Assembly (NCBI GenBank): GCA_963722435.1
Contig: CAVRKZ010000001.1
Span: forward strand, 1,396,672 to 1,460,671
Length of the DNA stretch: 64,000 nt
From: an uncultured Solirubrobacteraceae bacterium
Lineage (GTDB): Bacteria; Actinomycetota; Thermoleophilia; Solirubrobacterales; Solirubrobacteraceae
Direction of reading: 5' to 3'
Made by a program: the position numbers and the translations under genes. Positions within the stretch are counted from its first letter, which is position 1. Each line of letters begins with the position of its first letter. Positions 22,353 to 40,397 of the stretch are shown one piece after another. The notes beneath the pieces are model-generated. The model made no database searches, was not told where the DNA came from, and saw only the letters and a list, made by a program, of their open reading frames with translations.

Positions 22353-23234
22353 CTAGGCCGAGGCGGCCTGGGGCACGCCGGCCGCGCGCACGGGCGCGGG
22401 CATCAGCGCTGCGGCGACTATGACGAGCACGAATGCGAGGGCCTGCAGCACTACGCCGATGGGGCTGGCCGCAACGGGGTCGCCGAAGACGACGATCCCG
22501 CCGGCGATGCCGGCGATGTTGGCGGCTGTGCCGGTGACGGCGATCACGGGGACCGCCTGGCCGTCCTGCAGTCCGCGCGCCGAGGCGAAGAAGGCGATCA
22601 CCGAGGCGAGCACGGCGACGAGGAGCCAGGGGCTGAGCGCGACGCCGAGCAGCCCGTGCGCGGCGATGCCGGTGAGCGCCTTGATCGAGGTGTCGGAGAC
22701 GCCGAACAGGATCCCTGCGGCGGCGCCGAGCATGACGCCGTGGTGCTCAGCGGCGCCGCCCATGCGTGGGCCCATGATCAGGAGCCCGCCAAGGCCGAAC
22801 AGGCCGGCCTCGAAGGAGATCATGACGACGGGGGAGAAGCTCGAGTGCGGACCGTGCATGGAGGGCAGCGTTAGCCCCAGCAGCACGAGCCCGGCGGCGG
22901 TGAGGAACAGCCCGACCCACTGGCGCCGGCCGACCTGGAAGCCGAACAGCCGGTCGGCCATCACGGCGACGAAGACGACGCCGGCGGCGAGTGAGACCTG
23001 GATCACCGACATCGGCGCGAGCGACAGCGCGGCCACGTGGAGCCCCCAGCTGAACGTCGCCGTGATCATCCCCAGCGTGAACCACTTCGAGGAGTACAGC
23101 GCGCGCGTGGAGCGCAGCGGGTGCAGGACCTGGACCTTGGGCACGTCGTTGGCGCCCCGGTACTTGTAGAAGAAGCCTAGGTTCGCGACGAAAGCGCACG
23201 CGAGTGCCAGGAGTATGCCTAGATCGAGAGCCAT
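22353..23234 (-). CDS. DMT/EamA-like multi-pass membrane protein
   Basis: About 9-10 hydrophobic segments; [11 protein letters not shown] motif typical of actinobacterial DMT proteins. Confidence 0.75.
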   Translation of the reverse strand: MALDLGILLALACAFVANLGFFYKYRGANDVPKVQVLHPLRSTRALYSSKWFTLGMITATFSWGLHVAALSLAPMSVIQVSLAAGVVFVAVMADRLFGFQVGRRQWVGLFLTAAGLVLLGLTLPSMHGPHSSFSPVVMISFEAGLFGLGGLLIMGPRMGGAAEHHGVMLGAAAGILFGVSDTSIKALTGIAAHGLLGVALSPWLLVAVLASVIAFFASARGLQDGQAVPVIAVTGTAANIAGIAGGIVVFGDPVAASPIGVVLQALAFVLVIVAAALMPAPVRAAGVPQAASA

Positions 23235-23252
23235 GACAGGAGTGACGACGGT

Positions 23253-23882
23253 ATGAGGAATCGGCCGGCGCGTTGGGGTGCTTTACTGCGCCCCGGCGAA
23301 CTCAGCACATCTACCGTCGGGGGCAGCCTAGCTGTCCCAACCTGTGTGCCAGCTAAAGAGCCACTAACGGGTGCGCAGGAGCGGGCAAGGCCGCTGCTGA
23401 TGGTCGACATAGATGGCGTGATCTCGCTGTTCGGTGGCTGGCCGCGCCCGCGCGAGCGCGCCGGCGAGGGAGCGATCGACGGCCGCCTGCATTCGATCGA
23501 GGGCATACCGCACTTCCTTTCTGCCACCGCCGCGGGACACCTGCTCGAGCTCTCGCGGCTGTTCGAGATCGTGTGGGCGAGCGGTTGGGAAGAGCGCGCG
23601 GACGAGCACCTGCCGCTGCTGCTGGGCCTTCCCGCGGGGCTGCCGTTCCTGCACTTCACGCGCGCCGTGGGAGCCGCTCATGCGCACTGGAAGCTCGAGG
23701 CTATCGAGGCATATGCCGAGGGCCGGCCGCTGGCGTGGGTCGATGACTCGCTTGACGCGGTATGCCACGAGTGGGCACGGGGGCGAGCAGCGCCCACGCT
23801 GCTCGTGGCAACGGAGCCCGCGCGCGGACTCACCGAGCGTGAGGCCGTGCGCCTGGCGGCGTGGGCACACGGGCTGAGCTAA
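23253..23882 (+). CDS. HAD-superfamily protein (HAD_SAK-like); start may be downstream, e.g. GTG 23346
   Basis: MVDIDGVI (DxD), VWASGW, K, WVDD motifs. Confidence 0.8.
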   Translation: MRNRPARWGALLRPGELSTSTVGGSLAVPTCVPAKEPLTGAQERARPLLMVDIDGVISLFGGWPRPRERAGEGAIDGRLHSIEGIPHFLSATAAGHLLELSRLFEIVWASGWEERADEHLPLLLGLPAGLPFLHFTRAVGAAHAHWKLEAIEAYAEGRPLAWVDDSLDAVCHEWARGRAAPTLLVATEPARGLTEREAVRLAAWAHGLS

Positions 23883-23984
23883 ACGCGCGCGCCGTCCGTC
23901 CTTGCGACTCGCGCGTCGCGTGCCCAGCGGACTTGCTAGCTGACCCGCTCCTTGCAGCCTCAGCTCTTGAGAGCTGGCCCGCAC

Positions 23985-28082
<4,098 letters not shown>

Positions 28083-28125
28083 CTAATTAGTGCTTTCGCT
28101 TGCGGGTGGGTGATTCCAACAGCTG

Positions 28126-31743
<3,618 letters not shown>

Positions 31744-31928
31744 GAAATGACTCCTTCGGAGGGCGATACACGGGCAAGGAGGAGCGCCGGAGGCGCGACC
31801 AGCAAAGATAGCACAGACCATCCGCGCCCCGAAGGGCCGCCGGTGCTCACGGGCCCCGTCCTCGACGGTCGCGTATGTGGCGCGACGTCAGCCCTACCGG
31901 ACGGCTACGGCTATTGACCAGCGCCGGC

Positions 31929-31951
31929 AGTGTACCGGAAATTGGGCAATT
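31929..31951 (-). promoter_or_regulatory. Putative rpoBC promoter (-10 TACACT) with AATTG-N2-CAATT inverted repeat in the spacer
   Basis: AT-rich patch about 185 nt upstream of the rpoB start. Confidence 0.5.
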
Positions 31952-32004
31952 GTGAGCGGAAGATAAAGACGGGCGGGCGGGGGCTTGCAGCGTGCGGCGC
32001 CGAC

Positions 32005-32721
32005 TCAGCCCGAGCGGCGTCGGCAGAGGTAGCTCGCGAAGATCTGATCGTCGCTGTAGTCGGCTTGCTCGATCACGAAGCCCGCTCGCGTAATCATCGG
32101 CTCGAGCAGCCACGTGAACGTGCTGCTCTCGTCCCGGATGTGCTCTTCGAGCTCGCCTCGTGTCCACCCCTCCTCGACCGAGGCTGAGGCGCTTTCGTCC
32201 ATCCAGCGCTCGAGAGTCGGCGCGGCCTCGGTTGGCTCGAAGCGATACACGACATCCCACAGGCGCAGGATGCCGTCCGCCGCGAGAAAGCGCGCAATCC
32301 TGGCGAGCGCTACAGCCTTCCAGAAGTCCGGCAGGTGGTGCAGTGCATAGCGGCTGTAGACGAGGTCGGCGGGCGGACCGGCGTGTTCGTAGCTCAGAAA
32401 GCCGGCTCTCACGCACTCGACGTTCGTCACGTGCGCGAGCTCGAGCTTGGCGGCGAGACGCTCGAGCATCACCGGTGACACGTCGACGGCAACGACGCGG
32501 CCCGCCCTGCCAGCCATCTCGAGCGCGAGCCGGCCCGTCCCGGCCCCTAGGTCCACGACCGTCGCTCGCTCGCGAAGACCGCGCGCGAACAACATCGCCA
32601 CCTCATCCGCGGCGTTCCATGCCTGCTTGCGATCGTAGCGGTCGACGTGAGCAGGGTCGAGATTCTCCCGGCCCGCCGTGGCGAGCTCGTCAGGTACCCA
32701 CCGCTCGCGTCCGGTGACCAT
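32005..32721 (-). CDS. Class I SAM-dependent methyltransferase
   Basis: VVDLGAGTG, VAVDVS, DLVYSRYALHH. Confidence 0.9.
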   Translation of the reverse strand: MVTGRERWVPDELATAGRENLDPAHVDRYDRKQAWNAADEVAMLFARGLRERATVVDLGAGTGRLALEMAGRAGRVVAVDVSPVMLERLAAKLELAHVTNVECVRAGFLSYEHAGPPADLVYSRYALHHLPDFWKAVALARIARFLAADGILRLWDVVYRFEPTEAAPTLERWMDESASASVEEGWTRGELEEHIRDESSTFTWLLEPMITRAGFVIEQADYSDDQIFASYLCRRRSG

Positions 32722-32802
32722 CGTCAGTGAGCGTATAGGCGAGAAGACGGCGCAGCCGCGGCGGCCCTGCGAGACAAGCCTAGGGTTCTCTCGCCAAGCG
32801 AA

Positions 32803-32853
32803 GCCGTCCGTCTTGTCGGGCGCCGCGCAGTCGCGGCCGACAAGACGGACGGC
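32803..32853 (-). terminator. Long stem-loop after rplL (terminator or REP-like)
   Basis: Perfect 17-bp inverted repeat gccgtccgtcttgtcgg / ccgacaagacggacggc with an inner ccgcg/cgcgg stem. Confidence 0.7.
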
Positions 32854-32859
32854 GGAGCG

Positions 32860-33249
32860 CTACTTCACCTCGACGCTGGCCCCGGCCTCCTCGAGTTCCT
32901 GCTTGAGCTTGTCGGCCTCCTCGCGTTCGATGCCCTCCTTGACCGGCTTGGGCGCCTCGTCTACCAGGGCCTTGGCCTCTTTCAGGCCCAGCCCAGTCGC
33001 GGCACGGACGACCTTGATCACCTGAATCTTCTTGTCGCCGGCGCCCGCGAGGATCACGTCGACCGTGCTGCTCACTTCCTCTTCGGCGCCGGCCCCGTCG
33101 CCGCCGGCGCCCGCGGGCGCCGCCACCGGCGCCGCCACGGCGGCTGCCGATACGCCGAACTCCTCCTCGAGCGCTTTGATGCGCTCGGCGAGCTCGAGTA
33201 CGGAGATGCCCTTGAGCTCCTCGATCCAATCCTGTGTGCTGGTTGCCAT
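32860..33249 (-). CDS. rplL: 50S ribosomal protein bL12
   Basis: [11 protein letters not shown] hinge, [18 protein letters not shown]. Confidence 0.98.
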   Translation of the reverse strand: MATSTQDWIEELKGISVLELAERIKALEEEFGVSAAAVAAPVAAPAGAGGDGAGAEEEVSSTVDVILAGAGDKKIQVIKVVRAATGLGLKEAKALVDEAPKPVKEGIEREEADKLKQELEEAGASVEVK

Positions 33250-33254
33250 GGTCG

Positions 33255-34361
33255 TCAGTCCTCCTTGGTGGGATTCGTCTCGGCGTCCTCGGGCTGTGTC
33301 TCAGCCGAAACGTCCGCCTGGTTGTCGTCTTCTGCTGCCGGCTCGTCCTGCCTGTCCTCCCCAAGGGAGGGCTCCGGCTCAGTCTTCTCCTGCGCTGGCG
33401 CCTCGACCGCCGTCTCCTCGGCCTTGGCCAGCTCCTCCGGCAGCTCCTCCTCGGCCGGCTCCTCAGCCTCGGCCGCCGCCTCGGGCTCGGCCGCTGCCTC
33501 AGCCGCGGGCGGCGTCTCGGCGTCAGCCTCGGGCGCCTCGGCCGCTGCCTCAACCGCGGGCTCTGCCTCAACCTCGGCCTCGGCCTCGGCCTCGGTCTCG
33601 GCCTCAGCCGGCGCCTCGGTTCCGCCCGCGGGCTCGGGCTCGGGGGTCTCCTCAACCGCCGGCGCCTCAGGCTCGGCTGCCGCCTCGGGCTCGGCCGGCG
33701 CCTCAGGCTCGCCTCGCGCCTCTGCCTCGGCCCTTCCCTCAGGTTCCACGCCGGCCGTGGCAGCCCCCGCGGGAGGTGAGTCATCCGCGGCGACAGCCGC
33801 GGGGGGCTCGGCGGACGCGGGGGCCTCTCCGGCTGGGATCTCCCCGGACTCCTTCTTCGCATGCACCTGCCCGAGCGCGGCGGCGAGACCACCCAGGAGG
33901 GCGGCGAGGGAGCGCACGAGGCCGCCGACGGGCGAGGCGACGACACCGACGAGCTGGCCGTAGAGGACTTCGCGCGAGGGCAGGCGTGAGAGCGAGCGGA
34001 GCTGGTCGGCGTCGAGGGGGGCGCCTTCCATGAGGCCGCCCTTGAAGGGCAGCAGCTGGGTGGCGCGGGCGTACTCGGCCACGGCCTTGGCGGCGGTGGC
34101 GGCGTCGCCGCGGACGAAGGTGAGGGCGGTCGGCCCGGAGAGGAATCCCTTCAGCGTGTCCGCGCCGACTTGGTCGGCGGCGCGTTCGGTGAGGGAGTTC
34201 TTGACGACCTTGAAGGTGGCGTCGGACTCTCGCAGCTTGCCGCGCAGCTCGGCGACTTGCGCGACGGTGATGCCGCGGTAGTCGACGGCGAAGATCGCCT
34301 CGGCGTCCTCAATGTCGCTGGCGATCTCGGCGATCGCCACTGCCTTCTGCTCTCGGTTCAT
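33255..34361 (-). CDS. rplJ: 50S ribosomal protein uL10 with ~195-aa acidic C-terminal tail
   Basis: DYRGITV, VVKNSL, LSGPTA, LPSRE core, then an E/A/P-rich tail. Confidence 0.96.
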   Translation of the reverse strand: MNREQKAVAIAEIASDIEDAEAIFAVDYRGITVAQVAELRGKLRESDATFKVVKNSLTERAADQVGADTLKGFLSGPTALTFVRGDAATAAKAVAEYARATQLLPFKGGLMEGAPLDADQLRSLSRLPSREVLYGQLVGVVASPVGGLVRSLAALLGGLAAALGQVHAKKESGEIPAGEAPASAEPPAAVAADDSPPAGAATAGVEPEGRAEAEARGEPEAPAEPEAAAEPEAPAVEETPEPEPAGGTEAPAEAETEAEAEAEVEAEPAVEAAAEAPEADAETPPAAEAAAEPEAAAEAEEPAEEELPEELAKAEETAVEAPAQEKTEPEPSLGEDRQDEPAAEDDNQADVSAETQPEDAETNPTKED

Positions 34362-34451
34362 GGGGCTCCTGTCCAGGACTTGTGCCGCGCTGGGCGATCT
34401 GGGGATCGTCAGGCGGCCGCCGGGGGTCTTCGGTGGCCTGTTTGCGGGTGG

Positions 34452-35180
34452 CTAGGCGGCTGCGGCCGCTGGCGCCTCCTCGATGATTTCACGTGTCTTG
34501 CTCGGATCCACCTTGACGCCGGGGCCCATGGTGGAGGTGAGCGTGATCGAGCGCAGGTAGCGCCCTTTCGCAGCTGAGGGCTTGGCGCGGACGAGCTCTT
34601 CGACGACGGCGGCGTAGTTCTCGAGCAGCTTGCGCTCGTCGAAGCTGGTCTTGCCGATCGCCAGGTGCACGATTGCGGTGCGGTCGGTGCGGTACTCGAC
34701 CTTGCCGGCCTTGGACTCCTCGACGGCTTTGCGAACGTCCATCGTGACGGTGCCGACTTTCGGGTTGGGCATCTTGCCGGAGGGGCCGAGGATGCGGCCG
34801 AGCTGACCGACGACGGACATCATGTCGGGCGTGGCGATCGCCACGTCGAAGTCGTCGAAGCCGTCCTGGATGCGCTTGGCGAGGTCCTGAGCGCCGACGA
34901 CATCCGCGCCGGCCTCTTCGGCCTCCTTGGCCTTCTCACCCTGGGCGAACACGGCCACGTTGACGTCCTTGCCGAGCCCGTTGGGAAGCGCGATCGTCCC
35001 GCGCAGCTGCTCGTCGGCGTGGCGCACGTTCAGACCTGTGCGCACGTGCAGCTCGACCGTCTCGTCGAACTTCGCGCTGCTCATCTCGCGCACGAGGCCG
35101 ACGGCCTCCGCCGGCTGGTACTCGTGCTCGCGATCGACTTTCGCGAGGCGCTCGGTGTATCGCTTGCCGTGCCCGCTCAC
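34452..35180 (-). CDS. rplA: 50S ribosomal protein uL1
   Basis: [25 protein letters not shown]. Confidence 0.98.
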   Translation of the reverse strand: MSGHGKRYTERLAKVDREHEYQPAEAVGLVREMSSAKFDETVELHVRTGLNVRHADEQLRGTIALPNGLGKDVNVAVFAQGEKAKEAEEAGADVVGAQDLAKRIQDGFDDFDVAIATPDMMSVVGQLGRILGPSGKMPNPKVGTVTMDVRKAVEESKAGKVEYRTDRTAIVHLAIGKTSFDERKLLENYAAVVEELVRAKPSAAKGRYLRSITLTSTMGPGVKVDPSKTREIIEEAPAAAAA

Positions 35181-35602
35181 GAGGCCACATCCACACCCAT
35201 CGAACGGGCTGTGCCGGCGATGATCTTGGCCGCCTGCTCGACGTCGTGCGCGTTGAGATCGTCGAGCTTGCGCTGGGCGATCTCGCGCAGCTGCTGCTCG
35301 GTGATCGTTCCCACCTTCACGCGGTTGGGCTCTCCAGAGCCCTTGTTGATCTTGATCGCCTGGCGGATCAGCACGGCGGCGGGCGGCGTCTTGGTGACGA
35401 AAGTGAAGGAGCGGTCCTCGTAGACGGTGATCACGACCGGGATCACGGTGCCGGTTTCGCTTTGCGTCTGCGCGTTGAAGGCCTTGCAGAACTCCATGAT
35501 GTTGATGCCGTGCTGGCCCAGCGCAGGACCGACCGGCGGGGCGGGGCTCGCCTGCCCGGCGTTCGCCTGCAGCTTGATCGTTGTGAGGACCTTCTTGGCC
35601 AT
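35177..35602 (-). CDS. rplK: 50S ribosomal protein uL11
   Basis: [27 protein letters not shown]. Confidence 0.98.
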   Translation of the reverse strand: MAKKVLTTIKLQANAGQASPAPPVGPALGQHGINIMEFCKAFNAQTQSETGTVIPVVITVYEDRSFTFVTKTPPAAVLIRQAIKINKGSGEPNRVKVGTITEQQLREIAQRKLDDLNAHDVEQAAKIIAGTARSMGVDVAS

Positions 35603-35604
35603 GG

Positions 35605-36126
35605 CTAGAGCTTCTTTACTTGATCAAATTGGACTTCGACTGGCGTCTCGCGCCCGAAGATTGATACCAGCACCTTCAGGCGCGCGGCGTCCTCGTTGAT
35701 CTCGGAGATCTCGCCGGAGAAGTCCGACAGGGGGCCGGAGACGACCTTCACGGACTCGCCGATCGCGAACTGCGCGCGCGTGCGCGTGGCCGTGGCGACC
35801 TCCTTGTGCAGCAGCCGGTCGACCTCGCCCTGGGTGAGGGCGACGGGCTCCTGTGAGGCGCCCACGAACCCGGTCACACCGGGCGTGCCCTTGACGACCC
35901 CCCAGGAGTCCTCGTTGAGCTCCATGTTCACGAGCACGTAGCCGGGCATCGTGCGCTTCTCCACGGTCACCTTCTGGTTGTCCTTCATCTCGGAGACTGC
36001 TTCGGTGGGAACGACCACGCTGCGCACCGCCCGCTGCTGGCCGAGCGAGACGACGCGGTGCTCGAGGTTCTGCTTCACCTTGTTCTCGTGACCGGAGTAT
36101 GTGTTGACGACGTACCAGCGGAACAT
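35605..36126 (-). CDS. nusG: Transcription elongation factor NusG
   Basis: [35 protein letters not shown]. Confidence 0.98.
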   Translation of the reverse strand: MFRWYVVNTYSGHENKVKQNLEHRVVSLGQQRAVRSVVVPTEAVSEMKDNQKVTVEKRTMPGYVLVNMELNEDSWGVVKGTPGVTGFVGASQEPVALTQGEVDRLLHKEVATATRTRAQFAIGESVKVVSGPLSDFSGEISEINEDAARLKVLVSIFGRETPVEVQFDQVKKL

Positions 36127-36133
36127 TCAGACC

Positions 36134-36754
36134 TCAGAGGACGAGTTCGACGATTTCCTTGGCGACCGTGTCGGCGACGCCAAGGTAGACACCGGCGACG
36201 ACGACGAAGCCGAGCACGACCGCGGTGGCCTGCGTGACCTGCCGGCGATCCGGCCACTGCACGCGCTGCAGCTCTGCCCAGCTCGCGCGGATGAAGCCGA
36301 TCGCGCGGTTGCCTGGGCGCAGGGGCGCACCTGAGGGCCGCGCGGGCTCCCCGCCGCCGGTTCCGCCGCCACCCGCGCCGCCGCCACCACCGGGACCGCC
36401 GGGGCCCAAGGGCTCCTGAAGGGCGTCCTCGAGCTCGGCGTCGAGCTCGCCATCGGCAGGGGCAGCCTGCTCCTCGCGCGTGAGCGGCACGCCGCCGGCT
36501 CCGCGCACGAGCGCGGCGTCGAACTCGTCGACATCGCCTGCGTGCTCGAGCGCGCCCGGCAGGTCGGCTCGCTCGATCGTCCCCGGCGCGTGCGCGCGCG
36601 GCGAGCCGCGCTCGGGCTCATCCCCGGGAGCACTCGGCTGCGGGCCGCCGTCAGCGCCGGTGCCGGCGGCGTCAGGGCGCGCTCTGGCGGCGCGTCGCGC
36701 GCCGGCCGCGCCGCGGTCGCGGCGCTGCTTGGCACGTTTGCGATCTCGGGCCAC
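36134..36754 (-). CDS. secE: Preprotein translocase SecE with long N-terminal extension
   Basis: C-terminal WAELQRVQWP plus a single TM; lies between rpmG and nusG. Confidence 0.9.
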   Translation of the reverse strand: MARDRKRAKQRRDRGAAGARRAARARPDAAGTGADGGPQPSAPGDEPERGSPRAHAPGTIERADLPGALEHAGDVDEFDAALVRGAGGVPLTREEQAAPADGELDAELEDALQEPLGPGGPGGGGGAGGGGTGGGEPARPSGAPLRPGNRAIGFIRASWAELQRVQWPDRRQVTQATAVVLGFVVVAGVYLGVADTVAKEIVELVL

Positions 36755-36769
36755 GTGAGCACTCCCGAT

Positions 36770-36934
36770 CTAGCGGGTCTCCCTGTGGCTGGTGTGGGTG
36801 CGACACCAGCGACAGTACTTGCGCAGGGTGATGCGATCAGGGTTATTGCGCTTGCTCTTATTCGTTTGGTAGTTGCGCCGCTTGCACTCCTCGCACGCGA
36901 GGGTGACAGCGATTCGGACATCTCCGCGAGCCAT
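36770..36934 (-). CDS. rpmG: 50S ribosomal protein bL33 (Zn-ribbon form)
   Basis: Manual translation [54 protein letters not shown]; too short for the ORF track. Confidence 0.96.
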   Translation of the reverse strand: MARGDVRIAVTLACEECKRRNYQTNKSKRNNPDRITLRKYCRWCRTHTSHRETR

Positions 36935-37065
36935 GATCAGGATCCGTACGTCGTGGTTTAAGGGCCCAGGCGAAGAAAAACCCCGCCCAGGCGCGAGGTG
37001 CCAGCAGTCTAGCGCGGTTGCGCGAGCCTTGACGGATGCGCACGAAGCCGCGAAGCTAGCGGGCG

Positions 37066-37836
37066 ATGCCGCTGCCCGAACCGATCCCCGTAAGCGCCCA
37101 CGACGAGTCCTTCGCGGGCGTCACCTACCACATACGCGGCGAACTGGTACCGGAGCTGCAATTGGACATCGCTGGCCAGGCGGTGATGTTCGAGCACCAC
37201 GTGCTGTTGTGGAAGGAGACCCAGCTGGAGGTCGAGCTGAAGAAGCTGCCGGGGGCGATCAAGCGCAAGATCGCCGGTCTCGAGTTCTTCGTCACGCGTA
37301 CGTCCGGCTCCGGGCGAATCGCGTTCTCACGGGACTCGCCCGGGCAGTGCGTGCCCATGCACCTCAGCCAGGGCGAAGGCCTGGACGTGCGCGAGCACCA
37401 GTTCCTGGCCGCGACCGACAACCTCGACTACAACTTCGAGCGCATCCAGGGCGTGCAGAACATGCTGCTCGGCGGCTCGGGGTTCTTTATGGACAAGTTC
37501 CGCGCCACCAACGGCGACGCGCTGGTGTGGCTGCACGGACACGGCAACGTCTTCCTCGTGCAGCTCGGCGAGGGCGAGCAGCTGGACGTGGAGGCGGGCG
37601 CGTGGCTGTACAAGGACCCGTCAGTCAGCCTCGAAGCGGTCACCATGGGCCTCAAGACGGGGATCATGGGTGGCGGCGGCAAGCTCACGTGGAACCGCTT
37701 CACCGGCCCCGGGCGCCTGGCGATCCAGACGATGTTCATCGCTCCCATGGAGGGCGAAGCCGCGAGCGGCAACGCCCAGGCGGCGACCGCCGGTGGGCTC
37801 GCGGGCGCGCTCATCGGCGGGCTCACGCGCGGTTGA
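37066..37836 (+). CDS. AIM24 family (TRAP-like fold) protein
   Basis: Repeated beta units, [22 protein letters not shown]. Confidence 0.85.
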   Translation: MPLPEPIPVSAHDESFAGVTYHIRGELVPELQLDIAGQAVMFEHHVLLWKETQLEVELKKLPGAIKRKIAGLEFFVTRTSGSGRIAFSRDSPGQCVPMHLSQGEGLDVREHQFLAATDNLDYNFERIQGVQNMLLGGSGFFMDKFRATNGDALVWLHGHGNVFLVQLGEGEQLDVEAGAWLYKDPSVSLEAVTMGLKTGIMGGGGKLTWNRFTGPGRLAIQTMFIAPMEGEAASGNAQAATAGGLAGALIGGLTRG

Positions 37837-37902
37837 GCGCCGTCTTCGATTTATGAGGGCCGGCAGGAGCCGGCCTGGGGCTCGCGGCGCGCGTTGCCCG
37901 CG

Positions 37903-38991
37903 CTACTGGTACAGCGTGAGCGTCGCCACGATCACGTAGAACGCCACGAGCGCCCAACCCTCGAATTCCGCGGCCTCGCCGTCGCCGGTCACCTGCCAGA
38001 GGATGAGGGCCGTGAGCACCAGCGCACCGACGTACACGGGCGCGAGGGCGAACGTGAGCGCGGTGGGCAGGGCGAAGGAGACGAGGACGAGCACCGGGAA
38101 CAGGAAGGCGGCGATCTGCGCGACCGAGTTTTTCACCACCGAGATCGCCAGATCCGAGCGGCCCTTGTAGGCGAGGCTCAGCCCGGCCGCATTCTCGACG
38201 GCGTTGCCGGCGATCGCCACGATCACCAGCCCGGCGAAGGCCTGCGAGATGTGCAGCTGGGAGATCGCCGGCTTCAGGGCGCTGACGAACCATTCCGAGA
38301 CGAACGCTGATGCGCCGCCCGCCGCCAGCAGCAGGACGAGCGTGAGCGCCAGCGACAGGCGGGGTGCGAGGGGCCGCTCGGCGGCTGGGCCGCCCTGTGG
38401 CGCCGGCAGCGCGTCCGCGCGCAGGTAGGGCACGATCCACGTGATGTAGACGACCAGCAGGCACCCCGCGCCGATCGCGGAGATCGTCTTCACGTGGTGG
38501 CTCGCGCGATCGTGGGCGGCGAGCGAAAGGCCGAGCACCACGATGATGAACACGGCGAGGAGCAGCAGCGTTGTCGCGTCCCTCGGCAGGCGCTTGGAGA
38601 AGCGCATCAGCCCGTCGGGGGTGCGGCGCGCGCCGATCACGATCACGAGGCCGAGCACGAGCAGCGCGTTCGCCAGCACCGAGCCGACGAGCGCCGTCTG
38701 GGCGACCACGAGCTCGGCCTTTTTGAGCGCGAAGATCACGACGAACAGCTCCGGCAGGTTGCCGAGCGTCGACTGCAACAGGCCCGTCATGCCCGGCCCG
38801 AAGCGCTCGCCGAGCGCCTCCGTGGCGATGGAGACGACCCACGCGAGACCGGCGAGCGCGAAGGTCGCGAGCGCGAAGCGGGGCACGGCCGCCCACGTGC
38901 CGTAGTCGCCAGCGCCCGCGAGCGCCGTCAGCGCCACGACGAGCACCAGCAACGGGCGCTCGAGAGAACTGAGGCCGGCCGCCGATCGCAC
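37903..38991 (-). CDS. cax: Calcium/proton exchanger (CaCA family)
   Basis: Alpha repeats LGNLPE and AGNAVE; about 10 TMs. Confidence 0.88.
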   Translation of the reverse strand: MRSAAGLSSLERPLLVLVVALTALAGAGDYGTWAAVPRFALATFALAGLAWVVSIATEALGERFGPGMTGLLQSTLGNLPELFVVIFALKKAELVVAQTALVGSVLANALLVLGLVIVIGARRTPDGLMRFSKRLPRDATTLLLLAVFIIVVLGLSLAAHDRASHHVKTISAIGAGCLLVVYITWIVPYLRADALPAPQGGPAAERPLAPRLSLALTLVLLLAAGGASAFVSEWFVSALKPAISQLHISQAFAGLVIVAIAGNAVENAAGLSLAYKGRSDLAISVVKNSVAQIAAFLFPVLVLVSFALPTALTFALAPVYVGALVLTALILWQVTGDGEAAEFEGWALVAFYVIVATLTLYQ

Positions 38992-39080
38992 GCCCGCGAC
39001 AATAACCGCAGCCTGCGACAGCGCTCACGGCGCGCCGCGCACGAGCCTGGCCCGCGCGAGCCAGCCGCGCGCGAGTGGCC

Positions 39081-39662
39081 TCAGTGACTCTCGAGCACGC
39101 GGTCGACGAGGCCGTACTCGAGCGCCTGCGCGGCCGTGAAGAAGCGGTCGCGCTCCATGTCCTGGCGCACCTGCTCGGTGGAGAGGCCCGTGTGATGAGC
39201 GTAGATTTCGTCGATCCTCTCGCGCACCTTGAGGATCTCGCGCGCGTGGATCTCGATGTCCGTGGACTGGCCTTCGAAGCCGGCCGAGGGCTGGTGGATG
39301 AGGATGCGCGAGTTTGGCAGCGCCGCGCGCTTGCCCTTCGTGCCCCCGGCCAGCAGCAGCGAGCCCATCGACATCGCCACGCCGACGCACATCGTGGCGA
39401 TGTCCGGCTTGACGAAGTTCATCGTGTCGTAGATCGCCAGGCCCGAGTAGATGCTCCCACCCGGCGAGTTGATGTAGATCGAGATGTCCTTCTCGGGGTC
39501 CTCGCTCTCGAGGTGCAGCAGCTGCGCCACCACGAGGTTGGCGATCTGGTCGTCGATCGGCGTGCCCAGGAAGATGATGCGCTCGTTCAACAGGCGCGAG
39601 TAGATGTCGAACTCGCGCTCGCCTCGAGCCGTGCGCTCTATGACCATCGGGATCAGCGGCAC
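39081..39662 (-). CDS. clpP: ATP-dependent Clp protease proteolytic subunit
   Basis: DIYSRLL, INSPGG, catalytic S (AMSMG), H (IHQP), D (RDRF). Confidence 0.97.
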   Translation of the reverse strand: MPLIPMVIERTARGEREFDIYSRLLNERIIFLGTPIDDQIANLVVAQLLHLESEDPEKDISIYINSPGGSIYSGLAIYDTMNFVKPDIATMCVGVAMSMGSLLLAGGTKGKRAALPNSRILIHQPSAGFEGQSTDIEIHAREILKVRERIDEIYAHHTGLSTEQVRQDMERDRFFTAAQALEYGLVDRVLESH

Positions 39663-39674
39663 TGTCGACCCACC

Positions 39675-40148
39675 CTAGCGCCGGCGCCCACCGCGCCCAC
39701 CGGTCAGCTCATCCGCCGGCGGCGAAAGCCACGCAAGCAGCGCCGCCCGCGCGAAGCGCCACTCGCCCGCCAGCTTGCGCCCTGGCAGCTCACCGTCCTC
39801 TGCCAGCTGCTCGACCAGCGCGCGATCGACCTTCAGCAGCTGTGCCGCCTCCTCGCTGCTGAGGACCTCTTCCGCCTGCTCGCGCTCGTACGGCCGGAAC
39901 GAGTGATGGCCGACGAGCGTCTCTTCCGGCTCGAGCGCCTCGACCGTGAAGCGCCGGCGCCGCGAGTCGTGGGCGCGCTCGCCCGGTGCATCCAGATATC
40001 TCTCCACGAGCTCCGACACCAGCGCCTGCTTGGAGCGCCCACGCTCGAAGGATGCGCGATCCAACCTTCGTGCCTGCTCGCTGGGGATGCGCACGAACAG
40101 CGGTGACATCACCCCAGAAGCCGCCGTCTGTCGCTGAACCGCGCCCAT
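39675..40148 (-). CDS. Hybrid ribbon-helix-helix plus excisionase-like HTH DNA-binding protein
   Basis: N-term PLFVRIPSEQARRLD...GRSKQALVSELV; C-term LSSEEAAQLLKV...GELPGRKLAGEWRF; GAGGAG SD before ATG 40148. Confidence 0.8.
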   Translation of the reverse strand: MGAVQRQTAASGVMSPLFVRIPSEQARRLDRASFERGRSKQALVSELVERYLDAPGERAHDSRRRRFTVEALEPEETLVGHHSFRPYEREQAEEVLSSEEAAQLLKVDRALVEQLAEDGELPGRKLAGEWRFARAALLAWLSPPADELTGGRGGRRR

Positions 40149-40236
40149 CGAGATCTCCTCTGTCCTCCGGGACGCCGCCGAAGCCACCGAGCGTTCAGAA
40201 TCCGAAGCGCGCGAAGGCAAGGCCGCCCGTGGCCGC

Positions 40237-40260
40237 TGATATCTAGATATCAAGATAGCA
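40237..40260. promoter_or_regulatory. Three tandem 8-bp boxes (16-bp perfect palindrome) overlapping an extended -10
   Basis: TGATATCT-AGATATCA-AGATAGCA; minus strand reads TGcTATCTT. Confidence 0.7.
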
Positions 40261-40397
40261 GCCGGCTACGAGGTGCGTCCACTGCGCTGCCCGCCCCGCA
40301 ACCCTCGAGCCGCTGCCGGGTTCGAATCCGGTCCACTCGCCAGCAACGCGACCGCCGCGACGAAACTCCGCTTCCACGACCCAAGGAGGGCACCACG

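Noticed and set aside
31744-31821. ORF-track N-terminal extension of RpoB from ATG 31821
   Set aside because: A strong SD precedes TTG 31743; the upstream part is leader RNA
31948-31960. 13-nt exact match (AATTGTGAGCGGA) to the left half of the E. coli lac operator
   Set aside because: The right half is absent and there is no flanking vector sequence; best explained as chance within the rpoB promoter
40269-40342. tRNA-like T-loop GGTTCGAATCC followed by ...GCCA
   Set aside because: The T stem is mis-registered and no D or anticodon arm forms; no integrase or matching att copy is in the window
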